Shown here: in pieces, positions 61,356-64,000 of the stretch | Position numbering within the stretch: the stretch's first letter is position 1 | Layout of the letters: every line of letters begins with the position of its first letter | Origin: Octopus sinensis | Taxonomy: Eukaryota | Length of the DNA stretch: 64,000 nucleotides | NCBI RefSeq assembly: GCF_006345805.1 | Contig: NC_042998.1 | Span: 169,694,001 to 169,758,000, forward strand | Reading direction: 5' to 3' | Translations under genes and position numbers: made by a program | Notes under the pieces: model-generated | Seen by the model: only the letters and a program-made list of their open reading frames with translations | Database searches by the model: none | What the model was told of the DNA's origin: nothing

Positions 61356-62299
61356 CACCTATGTGTGTGTGTCTGTTCCCCACCACCACTTGACAACTGG
61401 TGCTGGTTTGTTTATGTCCCTGTAACTTAGTAGTTCAGCATAAGGGTCTGATAGAATAAGCACCAGGCTTTAAAAAAAATATATGTACTGGGGTTGATTC
61501 ATTCGACTAAAAAATATTTTTGGAGGTGGTGTCCCACCATGGCTGCAGCCTAATGACTGAAACAACAAATAAAAACATCAAAGATAAATATTAGTGTTTT
61601 TTATTTTGTTATTGTGTCTAAGTTGGGAGGTGAGAGTGCTTGTAGATCATTAAGGGTTGAGATTGGTCTGGTTGTCATTATCATTTAATGTCTGTTTAAC
61701 ATGCTAGCATGTGTTGGACTGTTTGACAGGATCTGGTAAGCCTTAGGGCTGCTCTGAGATCCTGTGTCAGCTTTGCCATGGTTCCTACAGTGAGGTTACC
61801 AAGTAGCTTGCAAGATGGGAAAAGAGAAAGGAAAAAGCTCCAGCAACTATGTGGTGGTGATAGTGGTTATTTGAGCTAGGAGATGGCTTAATGCCAAGTG
61901 TTGAAGGATTAAAGTACAAGAGAGACAAACATAGGTGTCTTACTGTAGAGGAGATACATGGCTACCACACATTATATAAGGATGGGCAGGGGAGTGCCAG
62001 AGCAAACTCTTTACAAGAAGGTGAAGAATTGAACATTAGTTTTATGAAATGAAGCTTAATGTACAGTTTAAAGATGTGCAGGTTAGTAAATTGTGTAAAT
62101 ACATTGGAAAATCCAAACTTTTGTAGACCACTGATCCTCAAATTGAAAGATAACATAATAAAATATAATGATAAACATTATATATTTACTATTTAGAATA
62201 GAAAATATCTGAATATTATTTATGGAAATACAATTAACATTTTAGAAAATTTCTGTTCTTGGTTTTGCTTCTAAAGAAACTTACTTTTTTTTTATGTAG

Positions 62300-62356
62300 A
62301 TCAATGTTTTAACCAGTGAATTGTTTACTTCTGAATGGATGGAGAAAAGTTCCAAT
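62300..62356 (+). CDS. EFL1: EFL1 coding exon 6: INVLTSELFTSEWMEKSSN
   Basis: tttatgtAG acceptor and AAT|GTAAGT donor; aligns by eye to the INALTGTLFTS segment that follows LEQ in vertebrate EFL1. Confidence 0.88.
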
Positions 62357-63189
62357 GTAAGTAATTTTTATAAACTTTAAGAATGTGTTTTTATTTTGAA
62401 ATTAGCATTTAAGATTGTCTTCAATATTAGTTCAGTTTATTTTTGATATATATTTATTTTATGAAGTATCATATTTTAGAAAATGTTTTCAAAATAGTTT
62501 TGACACATAATCTCAGATCAAATAACTTGCTTGGCAAGTATACCTCTGAAATTTTCTAAATTGGTTTCTAGATATCAGCCATTGATGCTTTAATGAAATC
62601 ATTATACAAATGTTACCATCCCTCTGCAATATAACATAGCCTTCTGTTATTACCGTAGGTAAAATGTCGATAAGTATCCATGATACACTCCAATTGCATA
62701 TTAGAGTATATGCTGCATGTTGAGTGTGAATCCCAGATTAATCTACCTAACTGTAACTAATTAGAGTTAATCATCAGCAGCATGTGCTTTTAGTATTAGT
62801 AAATGTGAATTTCTTTAACTTGTAATGCTGTTCAAATTCTATCATATGTTTAGCTTACACAGAGATGGAATTATTAATGAAGCTTCAATAACAAATTAAT
62901 TACAAAATATTGATCTGTTTTTCTTGAACAGAATAACTGTAATTCATTGGTTTCCAATCTTTTCACTACTAAGAACCCCTTTTATTTAACCCTTTACCGT
63001 TCAAACCAGCCATATCCAGCCCAAACTGTTTTAATGTTCAAACTGGCTTGATCTGGACTTCTCACAGCTTCCCCATAATGTCATAAATATTAACTTTTTT
63101 TTTAATGGATTGGCTTTAAATAAAAGTTAGGAAAATTTTCTGAAAACAAGAAAAGAAAATAACTTCTACCATATTTTAAAATTTTGTAG

Positions 63190-63219
63190 ATGCCACTTAA
63201 TGCAAGTGAAGACTCGGAG
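63190..63219 (+). CDS. EFL1: Candidate 30-nt EFL1 micro-exon: MPLNASEDSE
   Basis: ttttgtAG acceptor and GAG|GTAAAT donor; symmetric phase 0; falls in the poorly conserved acidic linker. Confidence 0.5.
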
Positions 63220-63746
63220 GTAAATATAATACTTTCAAAATTTTCCATTTTTAGGTGTAGGGTTGAAGTATATCTGCAAATAAGGGGAAAAGTATTTCAA
63301 ATATTTAAATGAAGCCAAAGAAATACATAAGCTAAAAGTAAAGGATATGATGGTTAGTTGGCAGAAAAAGTAGGTATTGGATAAAATACCTTGTAGTGCA
63401 TGTTTTTACATTCTGAGTTGAAATTCCACCTAGATCTATTTACCATTTATCCTTCCATGGCTGATAAAATTAGTACTGAGCCTGATGCAATGAGGCATTG
63501 CCAGCTTGGTCACAGTTCAGTGACTGGATTCAATAAAAGTATGAAATCTATGTGAGTGCTATAGTCAATTCAATTTATTATTAATACTTAATTAAATAGG
63601 GTTTCAGGTGGAGGGAAAATAAATCAGTCTTTGCAGGATTTGAACTTGGTGTAAGAGGAGGTATTAGACACCACAAAACATTTTGTCATCACTCTACTAC
63701 AATGTAATTTCTTGTAGTATTATTTTTAAAAATCTAAGTTTTACAG

Positions 63747-63771
63747 ATGAAAGGCCTAAAATTGTATCAAG
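63747..63771 (+). CDS. Weak candidate 25-nt EFL1 micro-exon
   Basis: ttttacAG acceptor and AAG|GTAATA donor; reads MKGLKLYQ in phase 0 or ERPKIVS in phase 1. No homology recognised. Confidence 0.25.
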
Positions 63772-64000
63772 GTAATACTGATTTTAATGGTTTCTAACCA
63801 TTGATCTAACTACTCTGTAAAGATGTTGGCAAACAAGCTGAGATAACTTAGTCGAGTGGACCCTTTTAGTGTTGCTGAGAACATGGTAACCTCTTTAGTG
63901 CTGGTACAATGATAAAATGTACCCAATGCTTCAGTAAAGTAGTGGCTCTAAGAATGGGGTTGAAACTAAGCCAAAAATGATATTGTACAAATGACATGAA

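Noticed and set aside
1-64000. CRISPR arrays, rRNA genes or prokaryotic operons
   Set aside because: No regularly spaced repeat-spacer arrays or rRNA motifs are seen. The window is intron-containing eukaryotic DNA.

Overview
AT-rich eukaryotic DNA dense in repeats and microsatellites. I recognise the SINE families as octopod-cephalopod-like (inference, not searched). Three host genes are supported: (1) a large coding exon of a TRIM protein with RING, B-box and coiled coil (+, 16552-17621); (2) axonemal dynein light chain 4 (DNAL4-like) with an uninterrupted CDS (-, 27960-28274); (3) the 5' part of EFL1/EFTUD1 (+), with six clear exons from 52727 to 62356 that assemble in frame and one or two candidate micro-exons. 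The rest is mostly transposon debris: tRNA-head SINEs with TSDs, RTE and CR1/L2 LINE fragments, Penelope-like (GIY-YIG) remnants, two Gypsy remnants, two hAT transposase remnants, three Helitrons and several foldback/MITE elements. The most notable unexplained signal is a set of short elements folding into minimal type-I hammerhead ribozymes with (quasi-)palindromic stem III, at 726-761 (+), 19388-19430 (-), 20431-20480 (-) and 43372-43439 (-), plus relics. Several have non-canonical cores, including an apparent compensatory G3-C8 swap, and two lie at the centre of head-to-head inverted duplications. All alignments and folds were done by eye; no database search was run.
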